From a virus (taxonomy: Duplodnaviria > Caudoviricetes): a stretch of DNA of 48,226 nt. Made by a program: the position numbers and the translations under genes. This document shows, in pieces, positions 16,303 through 25,795 of this stretch (its first letter is position 1; each line of letters starts with the position of its first letter). The notes beneath the pieces are model-generated. The model had not been told where the DNA came from. It saw only the letters and a program-made list of their open reading frames with translations, and did not search any database. The stretch is from IMG/VR virus record IMGVR_UViG_3300038393_000863, positions 1 to 48,226 of that record. One strand, written 5' to 3'.

Positions 16303-17936
16303 CCCCTAGACCTATTCCAAAAAAAGGCTTCCCATTCGGCTGATTGGAAAGAGCACCCGAAGATGCTGTCATTGATGATGTCGACCACGCTAGTATCGGC
16401 GTTGGAGTAGACCTGGATCGGGTGTCGTCCCTTCTGGAACTCCGCCGAGGCACCCGGCGTGAAATCGCCGAGCTCCCAGCCGGTGTAGTAGCCGGTGACC
16501 GGCTCACCCTTGTTCAGGCCATAGGGCCAGACCTCCCAACGGTAGTTGGTGGTGTCCTTGAACGAGAGCGTCAGGGTTCGGAGCTGGAGCCGGCCACTGG
16601 TGACCGAGGTCCCGTCACCCCGCTTGAGATACGGCCGGGAGAACCGGTAGCGGAACTCGTAGGGGTAACCGACGAAGCACTTGTGGCTGTAATCGCCCGG
16701 CACCTTGACGGTGTGCGCGTCGATCCAGGCCCACACGCTGCGGTTCGGCACCTCCTTCAACGTCTGGTCCCCGAAGGCGTCCGAGCGGACGATCTTGAAG
16801 TCGTTCCGATGGTCGACGTCGTAGGGGATCGCGAAGGTGGTCGTGCCAGAGACCGAGTCGTAGACCCCGGTGACTTCCGCGCGGTCGTCTAGGTAGAGCT
16901 GAGTGGGTGAGCCGGTGGGTGCCACGTTGGCTTCGAGCTGGAGCCTTTCGAGGTACATGCCGGTGGACCGCTGGAGGACCAGATAGAGGTAGCCGTCCAC
17001 GTAGGTCCCGGACTTCACCGTCACGTCGGACGGGAACTCCCACTGGTGCCAGGAGGACTGCGCCTTCGTGTCCGAGTTCAGCCAGTAGAATTGGTAGACG
17101 TAGACCGAATGGGGTGCCCCGGAGGTCAACACAAAGAGCGCGTTCTGGTCTGCCGCGGGGATGATCTGGAAGACACCCGCGGGGACATAGCGGGGGACGT
17201 GGGCGGTGATGTTGGCCGCCGCCGTGGCGTCCGAGCTGGTGGCGTGGGTGTACTCGTAGACGAGCGAGTGGCCCGCCTGCCCCGAGGGGAAGTAGACCTC
17301 CGAGTTCATCGTCACGGGCTGGCAGTTGCCAACTTCGTAGTTGGTGACCGGGCGGATCGCGACCGAGGAGGGCGAGACGCCGTTCTCCCCGTTGGTCAGG
17401 GAGAACTGGGTCTGGTCGGCGAACAGCATGATCCCATCGTTGAAGGGGACCGCGTCCCGTAGGATGGAGACCTTGTTGGAGCTCGCTGCGAACTCCAGGA
17501 CGTCGGAGTCGATGTAGTCGAGGACCGTGGTTCGCCAGAAGTCGCCGTACTCCCCAGCGCACGAGAGGATGATCTTCTCGTCGTAGAGGAAGGCCAGGCG
17601 GTTCTGATAGAAGAACACGCCCGAGATGTTCCGGCCGATGAAGCCAGGGCGGGGGTTCGTGTCGTCGTCGCCGACCCTCCGGTTGTCCCAGGTGAACGGC
17701 GTGAACAGGAAGCTCCCGTCCGCTTGCCGGATCAGAGCATGGGGCATCGTCGTCGCATCGATGACGTTCTCCAGCGACGGCGCGACCGTCTCATCCCACA
17801 CACCGTCAGAGCTGTATCGGACGTAGTAGGAGATGAAGTTCGTGTCGGCCCCGCCGACGACCTTGTAGAGGTCGCCAACCAGGGGGCTTGCTGGGAGCTT
17901 GTCGAACCGCTGGACGACCCCCGTCAGGGTGGTCAT
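16299..17936 (-). CDS. Tail tubular protein B (gp12), C-terminal part
   Basis: TMPHALIRQADG, RRVGDDDTNP, FFYQNRLAF, ITAHVPRYVP, QSSWHQW, GRLQLR; ATG at 17936 overlaps the upstream stop (ATGA). Confidence 0.9.
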   Translation of the reverse strand: MTTLTGVVQRFDKLPASPLVGDLYKVVGGADTNFISYYVRYSSDGVWDETVAPSLENVIDATTMPHALIRQADGSFLFTPFTWDNRRVGDDDTNPRPGFIGRNISGVFFYQNRLAFLYDEKIILSCAGEYGDFWRTTVLDYIDSDVLEFAASSNKVSILRDAVPFNDGIMLFADQTQFSLTNGENGVSPSSVAIRPVTNYEVGNCQPVTMNSEVYFPSGQAGHSLVYEYTHATSSDATAAANITAHVPRYVPAGVFQIIPAADQNALFVLTSGAPHSVYVYQFYWLNSDTKAQSSWHQWEFPSDVTVKSGTYVDGYLYLVLQRSTGMYLERLQLEANVAPTGSPTQLYLDDRAEVTGVYDSVSGTTTFAIPYDVDHRNDFKIVRSDAFGDQTLKEVPNRSVWAWIDAHTVKVPGDYSHKCFVGYPYEFRYRFSRPYLKRGDGTSVTSGRLQLRTLTLSFKDTTNYRWEVWPYGLNKGEPVTGYYTGWELGDFTPGASAEFQKGRHPIQVYSNADTSVVDIINDSIFGCSFQSAEWEAFFWNRSRG

Positions 17937-18454
17937 GGCAGGTAGGTGAGCCCATCCCAATAGCCGCCGGCACCGCCGGCAGGGGGAATGTAGTAGTCTG
18001 GAGGGGGAATGGTTTCCGGCGGCGGGTCGGTGGCCGGATCGTAGGCCTTCATCGCTGGAGAGGCCTTCTTGTTCACGACGAACGTGTAGTCGGCGACGGT
18101 GGTGAACCGGATGTCGGTTTCAGGGTTCGTCGCCGAGGCCAGGTAGCCCCAGCCGGCAGGCGCGTGAACGGTCTGTTCGACCCCGTTGAGATCGAAGACC
18201 CGCAGTTGGCCGCCCGAGGCGACCACGATGTAGCGTTCCGCGGTGTCGCGGTTGATGTGGTAGGCGAGGGCCGGCACAGCCGAGCCCGAGAGGAGTTTCT
18301 TGACGAAGGTAGTCGGCGAGCGCTTCAGCAGTCCATCGGCCAGCGAAGACCAGCCGTTGACCTGGAGCTCACCCTGGTCCGACGCGCGGACCACAGGGGA
18401 CTGCTGAGAGACCCCATTGTGGAGCGCCGGGACGGGGAGGTTGACTAGGCTCAA
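17933..18454 (-). CDS. Tail tubular protein B (gp12), N-terminal part
   Basis: NGVSQQS...GLLKRSPT...HINRDTAERY...TVADYTFVVNK are the gp12 N-terminal motifs. Confidence 0.88.
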   Translation of the reverse strand: MSLVNLPVPALHNGVSQQSPVVRASDQGELQVNGWSSLADGLLKRSPTTFVKKLLSGSAVPALAYHINRDTAERYIVVASGGQLRVFDLNGVEQTVHAPAGWGYLASATNPETDIRFTTVADYTFVVNKKASPAMKAYDPATDPPPETIPPPDYYIPPAGGAGGYWDGLTYLP

Positions 18455-19080
18455 CCGCGCACCTCAGTGCCGGTCACCCACCGGCCACCCCGCCGGTTCA
18501 CCTGACGGGCGATCCGCGGGTTATCCCGGAAGATGTTCGTGTCGGCGGCCGAGCGGTCATCCCGGAGGAGGAGAGACCAGGCGCGTTCTTCGTCCTCCTG
18601 GTTGTAGCCGTCGAGCTCAGTCGAGCCGATGATCCGCTTCTGGAACCGGCGGGCTGCCGCGAGGGTGACGTAATTCTTGGCGCTGTCCGGGAGATCGTCA
18701 AAGACGTAGCCCCAGACCAGCCGGAACTTGACCGGCTCGGCCATGCTCCAGGTGTGATTGGCGAGGTCCCAGAAGGCCCGGTAGCCGTCCGGGTGGCGGC
18801 GCGCCACGAGGCGCTGAAGGGGGTCCATGGGGTCCTGCCGGATGGAACCCTCGGGAACTCGGATAATGCCGGATGAGTCCGGCGTCAGGACGTAATCGAC
18901 GTCCGTGTTGAACGTGAAGCCGTAGAGCTGGACCCCACGGTTCATCGTCGTGAGATGAGCCTTGGCAATGGCCGGGTCGCCGTTCAGCGCCACCAGCGTG
19001 CCAACGGGGGCTTGCCCGATACTGCCGAGCATCTCGTTGACCGCGTCGAGCTCGGTCTGGATAGGGAGAATGGGAGACAA
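18451..19080 (-). CDS. Tail tubular protein A (gp11)
   Basis: TELDAVNEMLGSIGQAPV...FDDLPDSAKNYVTLAAARRFQ. Confidence 0.93.
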   Translation of the reverse strand: MSPILPIQTELDAVNEMLGSIGQAPVGTLVALNGDPAIAKAHLTTMNRGVQLYGFTFNTDVDYVLTPDSSGIIRVPEGSIRQDPMDPLQRLVARRHPDGYRAFWDLANHTWSMAEPVKFRLVWGYVFDDLPDSAKNYVTLAAARRFQKRIIGSTELDGYNQEDEERAWSLLLRDDRSAADTNIFRDNPRIARQVNRRGGRWVTGTEVRG

Positions 19081-19096
19081 GGGCAGCCTCGAAATG

Positions 19097-19135
19097 AAAA
19101 AATAGAGCCCCCACCGGGTTAACCGGCAGGGGCTC
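19097..19135 (-). terminator. T-phi-like intrinsic terminator after the major capsid gene
   Basis: GAGCCCC-TGCCGGTTAACCCGGT-GGGGGCTC followed by TATTTTTT. Confidence 0.85.
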
Positions 19136-19148
19136 CGAGGGTGGTCGC

Positions 19149-20105
19149 TTAGGCGATCTTCAGCTCCACCGCGGCCTTCGACCGCAGCGGGTCCGTGCCG
19201 ACCATCAGGCGCGAGATTAGCAGGGTGCCCTGCTTCTGCGGCTGGTCGACCACTTGCGAGCTGAGGCCTTGGACCTCGGCCGTCGCGGCGGCCATCGGGT
19301 TCCAGACCAGACCAATCGTGTTGGTGAAGTTGGCCCGGTACTTCGACGGCAGCGCCGAGTTCGCGGAGTCGTCCACGCCAAACGGCGTGATGTTCGACTT
19401 CAGGACGGTCGTGTCGTCGTAGCTCTTGAAGCTCTTTTGGATCGACCGGATCGTCTGGTCCTGACCGTTGTAGTCACGGCTCAGGTTACGGTCCGAGCGA
19501 GCCATCAGGCTGAACTGGAGTGGCTTGAACAGCGCGTAGAGCGGCTGGTCATCGACCGGCACGTCCTTCTGATCCATCGTGAGACGGGCGTCGGAGATGC
19601 CATCGAACAGAGCCGTCGAGCTGGTCGCGTAGCTCGCGTTCGTAAGAGCCGAACCGCCGACGTCACCGGAGAACAGGGCACCCTGCCGGGCAGCCTGGAT
19701 GATCCGGCGCATGACGTTCGTGTCGTAGAAGCGAGCCAGCGCACCGCCGAGCTCTTGCGCGTAGGGCGCGCGGAACTCGTAGTGCGATAGGATTTCGTCA
19801 ATGTCGGCGACGAACACATCGGAGATGAGCTTGTCGTCCGGGTTGATGACGACCTCGGTGTGGGGGATTTGGTTGCCGAGGATTTCAGTGCCGGGGGTGT
19901 GGTAACCCACGGTCGTCCGCCAGATGGCGGGGAAGCGGAAGCTCTTACCCTTCTCCAGGGTCTTCACCATGTGCTTGTCGCGCATGAGGACCTTGGTCTC
20001 GAAAGCGGTGAGGACTTCACCGCCAAAGAGGTCGAGGAAAAGCTCGTAGTTACCGCCGGAGCCGCCCTGCTTTACGCCAGGACGCGACGGAGTGGAGTCA
20101 GTCAC
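19149..20105 (-). CDS. Major capsid protein (gp10-like)
   Basis: LFLDLFGGEVLTAF, KGKSFRFP, YHTPG, DIDE..SHYEFRAPYAQELGGALA. Confidence 0.96.
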   Translation of the reverse strand: MTDSTPSRPGVKQGGSGGNYELFLDLFGGEVLTAFETKVLMRDKHMVKTLEKGKSFRFPAIWRTTVGYHTPGTEILGNQIPHTEVVINPDDKLISDVFVADIDEILSHYEFRAPYAQELGGALARFYDTNVMRRIIQAARQGALFSGDVGGSALTNASYATSSTALFDGISDARLTMDQKDVPVDDQPLYALFKPLQFSLMARSDRNLSRDYNGQDQTIRSIQKSFKSYDDTTVLKSNITPFGVDDSANSALPSKYRANFTNTIGLVWNPMAAATAEVQGLSSQVVDQPQKQGTLLISRLMVGTDPLRSKAAVELKIA

Positions 20106-20445
20106 GTTAGAACTCGTTGGACTAGGTTGAGGAGGTTTGTGGTTCCCCTCAGCTCAGGGTCCGCAGCGTGAACGGGGTTATCGGCCGCAGCCGGCCCCCG
20201 CCTCGGATTGTTCTGGTACTGGGAAGGAAATGGCCGGGCTCTCACCGGCCGCCGCCGCGTAATCGCCCGGTGTGGGCCGGGTAGTCCGGCCTTCCGCCAC
20301 GATGGGGGTCTCCGCGGAACACCCGCGGGGTGGCTCACCGGGGATCAGCCGGGAGCAATCTTTTCGCGCATCACGTGTTACACCTTGACGCACACGTGCA
20401 ACCATCCGAAATGGCTGTGCTTACGCAGTATCAGGAGAAATCGAG

Positions 20446-21021
20446 ATGCGCGTTGTGGGGGCGGCCGTGGCCGCGGTGGCGCTGATCTGGGCGAGCCAGG
20501 CCAATGCCACGGTGACGTTCATGGATATCACCTTCGAGCCCGACAACGGTCAGGTCGTCGGTCCGCCAGATGGTCTACTCTTTGGGTGGTCAGAGGCTGG
20601 GTGGCTGATGACGGATCAGACGCCTTATGCGCCCCAGAACAACACCCCGGATGTGACCGGGGGTGTCCTCCACGTTCACGCGGGAGACGTGCTTACGTTC
20701 TCCAGGAATGACACAGGTAGGTACTCGCTGGTGAGCCTCGACTACAAGGGGACGGCCCCGCTTTTCCGCTGGGTCGCTGGACCCACGGGTACGCAGTTGG
20801 CTCCGAGCTCCGATACGCTTCAATCGGACCTCATCATCCCCCCGCTCGTGCGGACCTTCCAGCTCTACTCGACCGAGGACTTCGAGCTCGACAACGTCCG
20901 CTTCGCTGACAACGGAGGAGCCCTCCCGGAACCGGGAACGTGGGCTCTCTCCATCATCGGCTTCGGCCTTGCAGGCTCAGCCCTCAGGCGAAAGTCAAAG
21001 TCAGCGTCGTCGTACGCGTAG
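20446..21021 (+). CDS. PEPxxWA-CTERM (PEP-CTERM) sorting-domain surface protein
   Basis: Signal peptide MRVVGAAVAAVALIWASQANA; C-terminus GALPEPGTWALSIIGFGLAGSALRRK; CAGGAG SD; the only credible plus-strand gene. Confidence 0.9.
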   Translation: MRVVGAAVAAVALIWASQANATVTFMDITFEPDNGQVVGPPDGLLFGWSEAGWLMTDQTPYAPQNNTPDVTGGVLHVHAGDVLTFSRNDTGRYSLVSLDYKGTAPLFRWVAGPTGTQLAPSSDTLQSDLIIPPLVRTFQLYSTEDFELDNVRFADNGGALPEPGTWALSIIGFGLAGSALRRKSKSASSYA

Positions 21022-24000
21022 TGCCGCCAGAGGCAGCCGCGTTCGTCTCGACAAGGTCAATCGTGTAGGTGCCCGAGAGGGTGCTCACGAGGGGTATCAG
21101 CACGCCCTTGTCCAGGGCGAAGCTCGCGTTGTCGTGGCCCGTCCCGAGGGCCACAGTGGACCCCGGCATGGTGCCGTAGACGGAAGCGAGCTGCTTACCC
21201 GCGAGGATTTTCGCGGGGAACGTCGTAGACGAGAGGTTGATCGCCTTCAGCGTGAAGGCTGACCCATACGCCGGGATGATCCAGCCCCAGGCCGTGGGGC
21301 CAAGCTGGATATCCTCGTAGCCGGTCCTGGCGTCATTCGTCGTCAGGACCTTCTGCATATTGGCCGTCAGGCAGCCGTTCCAGGTGTCCCCGGTCACAGC
21401 TCCGAACAGGTTGTTCGTAGAGGTCCCGCCCTGCGCGGTGATTGCGGTCGCGTCGCCGGCCAGGATCAAGCAGTCCTTGACGGTCACCCCACTCATCGAG
21501 ATGCCGTCCTGACCCAGGATGTTGAACAGCACACAGCGCTCTATGAGCGCCCCGCTGTTGCCCCGAGGGGCGGCATCGCTGGTGTTCGCGTACTGCTGGT
21601 CCCCCAAGGAAAGCCCTTGGGTGTACCCGAGGACCATCACACAGCGGTCCCAGTGGGAGTTCGTGTCACCCTCATCGACGCGGTCGAGGGGGGTGTGCGT
21701 ATCCCAGACACCGGGGACCGTGGTCCCCACATGTCTCGGCTGGGAGAGGATGATGTTCTTCCGGGTGACCGACTTCGGCGTGGACAGGTACGTCGCGTAC
21801 GGCATGTCCTTCGTCTGGGACGTCATCGGCGTCTGAGAGCCGAACAGCGCCCCGTACTGATGGGTGATGTTCCGCGAGTCCTGGTACTCGGTGAAGCCAT
21901 TCCCGTGGACCGCGACGTGCTCACAGCCGTCGACGTTCTTGATCAGGTTGCCGCCGCCGCTGCCATGGTAGATCAGCGTCCGGCCGAGGTTTCGGCCGAC
22001 GACGCCGTCCACCGTGGAGTTCAGCATCCCGGTGACGCGGAGGCCCGAGTGGGTCTTCGCCTCATCGAACACGGTGTTCGTGATGTTCCAGCCGGACCCC
22101 ACAATGTTGAGGAGCATCGGCCGGTCAGGATTGATGCACTGACGGAATGAACAGGACGAAAGCACCCCGTTGTCCCCGGTGCCTAGGAAGGTCGGGGGAG
22201 GAGTTCCCGTGTAGCCTTCAGCCGCAGTCCGCCCGAACTGGACGTTCTGGACCTTCCAGTAGTTGCCCGAGAGGCTAGCTCCCGTGGCGTACTTGGCGAT
22301 GGACTTTTCCTGAGCTCCGCCGCTGGTGCGCCAGATGACGTAGATGGTGCTGTCATCCAGGCTCCAGGCGAACTGCCCTTGCTGGCGGAGGTCTAGCGGG
22401 TGGCCCTGAATGGACCAGAAGAAGGTAGGGTGCGGGCCAAACGTCGTGGAGGCCGCGTAGGTGATCGTGATGCTGGAACCGGCCTGATCATAGGCGGTGA
22501 TCCGGCGGGCGTACGTGAGGTTGCCCCCCACGCGGAACAGGGCGAAGGCCCCGACCGGTGAGACCGCGCCATAGTGCGCGGCGATGGCGGGGTTGGTGAT
22601 CTTGATCGACCAGTTGGCCCCATCGTAGGAGCACTGAACTTCGCTCGTGCCATCCATCGCGGATGGAGCCGGAGTGGCCGCCTGGATCGTCGTCGGGTAG
22701 TGGAAGCTGTCACCACCGGGGAAGCTGTCGTCCCAGGCATAAATCGACGTAGGCCAGCCGCTAGAACCGCTCGCCGGAGACCACATACACGGGTGGTGCA
22801 TGAGGCTGTCGATGCAGGGGAAACACGAACGGATTTTGTCCGTCTTGGTGGTTCCCATCGGGCGTTTCTGGACACCCAGGCCAACAGCCGTGGTGTTGGT
22901 CTCGGCGGGGTCCGTGGCTGCGACCCAACCCGTTGAATAGACGATGTCGCCCGCGATAAGGGGATCGGTTCCCGTACCGTATCGCGTCAGGATCACCGGC
23001 TGCAAAGCAGTCGCGGAGGCCCCTGTAGCCAGGCTTAGCATGGTCTCGGTAGCGGTCGCCGGGGCACGCCCGCGGCGGTGAACTTGGCCTGCTTTCAGGT
23101 TGACGATGGAGCCGCCGGCCAATGGGCTGAGGGCTTCGATCTTCGCCAGCGTCTTCCAGGCTGTGGCGGGAGAGTAGCCGTCAGCCGCATCGCTGCCGGA
23201 CACCGCATCGACGTAGTAGATGGGGTCCTGCGCCTGGTAGGGAACGGACTTGAAGGCGGCGGCCAGCAGCGCGCCGTAGCGGCACGCGCCGGCTGTTCCG
23301 CTGTTCTGCCCGAGGAAGCTGAACGCAGCGCTCCCGGCCGCGACCTTCTCTTGAGTGAAAAGGCCTTGGATGTACTGGGCCGCTGCACTGGCGGTGGCCA
23401 CGCTGTTCGTGTCCATCCCGCTCGGCAGGGTCGAGGGAGACGTCCCGCTGGTGACCTCGGTGAAGTACATGCCGACGACCGTCTCGTCATCGGACGTGGT
23501 CGTCAGGCTTCCGGCGTAGGCATGGTTCAGGGTCGCGTTCGTATCGACCACGGGGGTCATCACGTCGGGCGGCGCGATCTGGGCGGCCGAGGTGAGCGTG
23601 ACGCCTTGGATGATGGTCCGAACGAGGGTGCTCGTGTTGGCCTTCACCGGGGTCATCACGAGGGTGCCAACCGGAGGGTTCAGCAAATACCAGAGCTCTC
23701 CGCGGAAGGCGCGGGTGCTGACGATCTGCGGACCCGTTTCGGTCAGCTTCGTGAGAGGATAGTCCGTCCCGGCTAGGGTGGCCTTCAGGGACGTCAGCCC
23801 ACCGGGATCAGTGGAGCTGCCTTGCTGCGAGACGCTGACGACCAGTACCCGGTTAGCCGCGCTTTCCACGACATGGTTCCAGGTGGCGAGCTGAGCTGAG
23901 CTCGAAGCACCATTGGTCGTCGGGGCCGAAAGGTTTCCGCGGACGAGATGGGCGTCCAGGATGGTGACCGAGATGGTCTGTGTAGCAGTCGAATAGCCAA

Positions 24001-24316
24001 CCCCATCATTCCGGGTGGCCGTGATCTGGACCTGATAGACGTTGTCCAGGTTCGCGTCGGTCGGTGCTTCGTAGTTGCGCGCCGACATGGTGAGGGTGTC
24101 GCCAGCGACGCTAAAGAGCGCTGCATCGGGACCCCCCGTGATGGCGAAAGTCGAGTCGATGTCGGTCGTCAGGACCAACGAGACGGGGACATTTTCGCTG
24201 ACGGAGGTGGCGTTGGCCGAAGTGAAGACCGGAGCCGGGACGGTAACGGAGTCGCCGTTGACCGAGCTGGACTCCAGTCTGGCCGCCACGTCGTACTTCA
24301 GAGGCAGCGCCCTCAA
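20984..24316 (-). CDS. Large cadherin-like plus beta-helix protein (putative second receptor-binding/depolymerase or head fibre)
   Basis: APVFTS...SVSEN...DAALF...NYEAPTDANLDNVYQVQITAT (cadherin-like); IYYVDAVSGSDAADGYSPATAWKTLAKI (pectin-lyase-type beta-helix start); no signal peptide. Confidence 0.75.
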   Translation of the reverse strand: MRALPLKYDVAARLESSSVNGDSVTVPAPVFTSANATSVSENVPVSLVLTTDIDSTFAITGGPDAALFSVAGDTLTMSARNYEAPTDANLDNVYQVQITATRNDGVGYSTATQTISVTILDAHLVRGNLSAPTTNGASSSAQLATWNHVVESAANRVLVVSVSQQGSSTDPGGLTSLKATLAGTDYPLTKLTETGPQIVSTRAFRGELWYLLNPPVGTLVMTPVKANTSTLVRTIIQGVTLTSAAQIAPPDVMTPVVDTNATLNHAYAGSLTTTSDDETVVGMYFTEVTSGTSPSTLPSGMDTNSVATASAAAQYIQGLFTQEKVAAGSAAFSFLGQNSGTAGACRYGALLAAAFKSVPYQAQDPIYYVDAVSGSDAADGYSPATAWKTLAKIEALSPLAGGSIVNLKAGQVHRRGRAPATATETMLSLATGASATALQPVILTRYGTGTDPLIAGDIVYSTGWVAATDPAETNTTAVGLGVQKRPMGTTKTDKIRSCFPCIDSLMHHPCMWSPASGSSGWPTSIYAWDDSFPGGDSFHYPTTIQAATPAPSAMDGTSEVQCSYDGANWSIKITNPAIAAHYGAVSPVGAFALFRVGGNLTYARRITAYDQAGSSITITYAASTTFGPHPTFFWSIQGHPLDLRQQGQFAWSLDDSTIYVIWRTSGGAQEKSIAKYATGASLSGNYWKVQNVQFGRTAAEGYTGTPPPTFLGTGDNGVLSSCSFRQCINPDRPMLLNIVGSGWNITNTVFDEAKTHSGLRVTGMLNSTVDGVVGRNLGRTLIYHGSGGGNLIKNVDGCEHVAVHGNGFTEYQDSRNITHQYGALFGSQTPMTSQTKDMPYATYLSTPKSVTRKNIILSQPRHVGTTVPGVWDTHTPLDRVDEGDTNSHWDRCVMVLGYTQGLSLGDQQYANTSDAAPRGNSGALIERCVLFNILGQDGISMSGVTVKDCLILAGDATAITAQGGTSTNNLFGAVTGDTWNGCLTANMQKVLTTNDARTGYEDIQLGPTAWGWIIPAYGSAFTLKAINLSSTTFPAKILAGKQLASVYGTMPGSTVALGTGHDNASFALDKGVLIPLVSTLSGTYTIDLVETNAAASGGTTRTTTLTLTFA

Positions 24317-24319
24317 GGC

Positions 24320-24874
24320 TTAAGCCTCCGCGATGATCTTAATGACGCGGTCGGCGGACTCGGTCGCGTTGGACGTGAGCGAGACGTAACGAGCGCCGAG
24401 GTAGTCAGAGGGCGACAGGATCACCCTGCGGCCGGTGCCGACGTTGATGGTCTTCTGGGTTCCAGCCGCGTCGTAGATCGGGTTGGAATTGACCCCATCG
24501 TAGGAGGTCTTCGGGGTGACCGTGGTGCCGGTGAATGCCGCCGGGAGCACGATGGCAACCGGCCGGAAGTTCCCCAGGTCAATGAGGGGTGTCGCCGTAC
24601 CGCCAGCCGCAATCGTGGCGTCCAGCACAATTTGCTGGGTCTTCCCGACCTCGGTAACGCCCTCTCCGAACTTGCGCTCCTCTCGGCCGATATCGTTGAT
24701 CAGGACATCGGCAGGGGAGGCGAGAGGCGAGGCCAGCGTTACGACATCGTTGGCGAAAGTGAAGGGAGCGCCCACGCCGCCGACCGTCACGGAGAGGTCA
24801 GAAGCGCTGAGCGCGACGAAGGGGACACGGAACGCGGACTGCCCCGCGAGGCCGCGGTAAGTCACGCTAGCCAT
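24320..24874 (-). CDS. Hypothetical virion/adaptor protein with fibre-anchor-like N-terminus
   Basis: MASVTYRGLAGQSAFRVPF...LSVTVGGV resembles the gp17 N-terminal strands. Confidence 0.6.
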   Translation of the reverse strand: MASVTYRGLAGQSAFRVPFVALSASDLSVTVGGVGAPFTFANDVVTLASPLASPADVLINDIGREERKFGEGVTEVGKTQQIVLDATIAAGGTATPLIDLGNFRPVAIVLPAAFTGTTVTPKTSYDGVNSNPIYDAAGTQKTINVGTGRRVILSPSDYLGARYVSLTSNATESADRVIKIIAEA

Positions 24875-24889
24875 GTATGATTGGTCTCG

Positions 24890-25795
24890 TTAGAGGCGTT
24901 GGGTGTGGTGTGTGACGTTGGTGCTGATGGTGCCGGCCTTGATCGACCGGTTCAGCTTCTCAGCCACTTGTTGGCGGTAGGCCGGGTCCCTCGCGTAGCG
25001 AGGATCGCGCATGGCCTCAGTCATCTGGTCTCGGCCGCTGAAGACGTCGCCCGAGCTTTGCGCCGGGGTCTCCGCCTCGATGAGCGAGCCTTCCGAAGGG
25101 TTCGCAGAACGGAACTTGCCGACCAGCCATTCCACCCCCTGCTTCATGGTCTGGGGGTTCGCCACCAGGGCGTTGTAGCTGTTCAGCTCCTCATCGGTGA
25201 GCTTCTGTCTCGCCCACTGGATGGCCTTGTCGAACGTGTCCTTGCCGCCGGCCGCCTCGTGGGCGTTCGCGAGGATCGTGGCCTCTTGAGCCCGCAGGCC
25301 CGCGAAGTAGTTGTCCACGATCTGCTTGCCAAACGCGGTGTCCAGTTTGGCGCGGGTCTCGGCTGAGACCTCGCCGTTCTTCTGGTACTCGGCGTTCACG
25401 TCATCGAAGCTGATGCCGGCCTGCTTGAGCACGTCCGCCACCGGGTTAGCCTCGGGTTCCCCCTCCGGCTTCTTCTCGATGGTGACCTTGTTGGCATCGG
25501 CCGGCTTATCCTCGGGCTTGGCTTCCGGCTCAGCCGGCTTGCCTTCCCGGAGCTTCTTCTCAAGCTCGGCGTAGGACTTCAGCAGCTCGTCTTGGCGGAC
25601 CTTGCCCGACTGAGCATCCCAGAACTTCTCGGGGATGCCCTCAGGCCGGGCGATGGCGGACGCTTCCTCGACTGTCTTGACGGCCGGCTCAGCGGCCACC
25701 TTGCTCAGCATCGAGTTGGCGTATTCCAGGTTCGGAGCCGCGCCGGAGTCGACTAGTGACTGGGCCTCGGCCGAACGGTCGGGAGCTTCGCTCAA
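24890..25795 (-). CDS. Capsid assembly scaffold protein (gp9-like)
   Basis: RPEGIPEKF, LLKSYAELEKKL, AGG...IQWA, MRDPRYARDPAYRQQVAEKL. Confidence 0.93.
   Translation of the reverse strand: MSEAPDRSAEAQSLVDSGAAPNLEYANSMLSKVAAEPAVKTVEEASAIARPEGIPEKFWDAQSGKVRQDELLKSYAELEKKLREGKPAEPEAKPEDKPADANKVTIEKKPEGEPEANPVADVLKQAGISFDDVNAEYQKNGEVSAETRAKLDTAFGKQIVDNYFAGLRAQEATILANAHEAAGGKDTFDKAIQWARQKLTDEELNSYNALVANPQTMKQGVEWLVGKFRSANPSEGSLIEAETPAQSSGDVFSGRDQMTEAMRDPRYARDPAYRQQVAEKLNRSIKAGTISTNVTHHTQRL

Noticed and set aside
19136-19170. T7 10B-style frameshift extension of the capsid
   Set aside because: No evident slippery sequence, and a terminator and the tail tube A gene follow immediately
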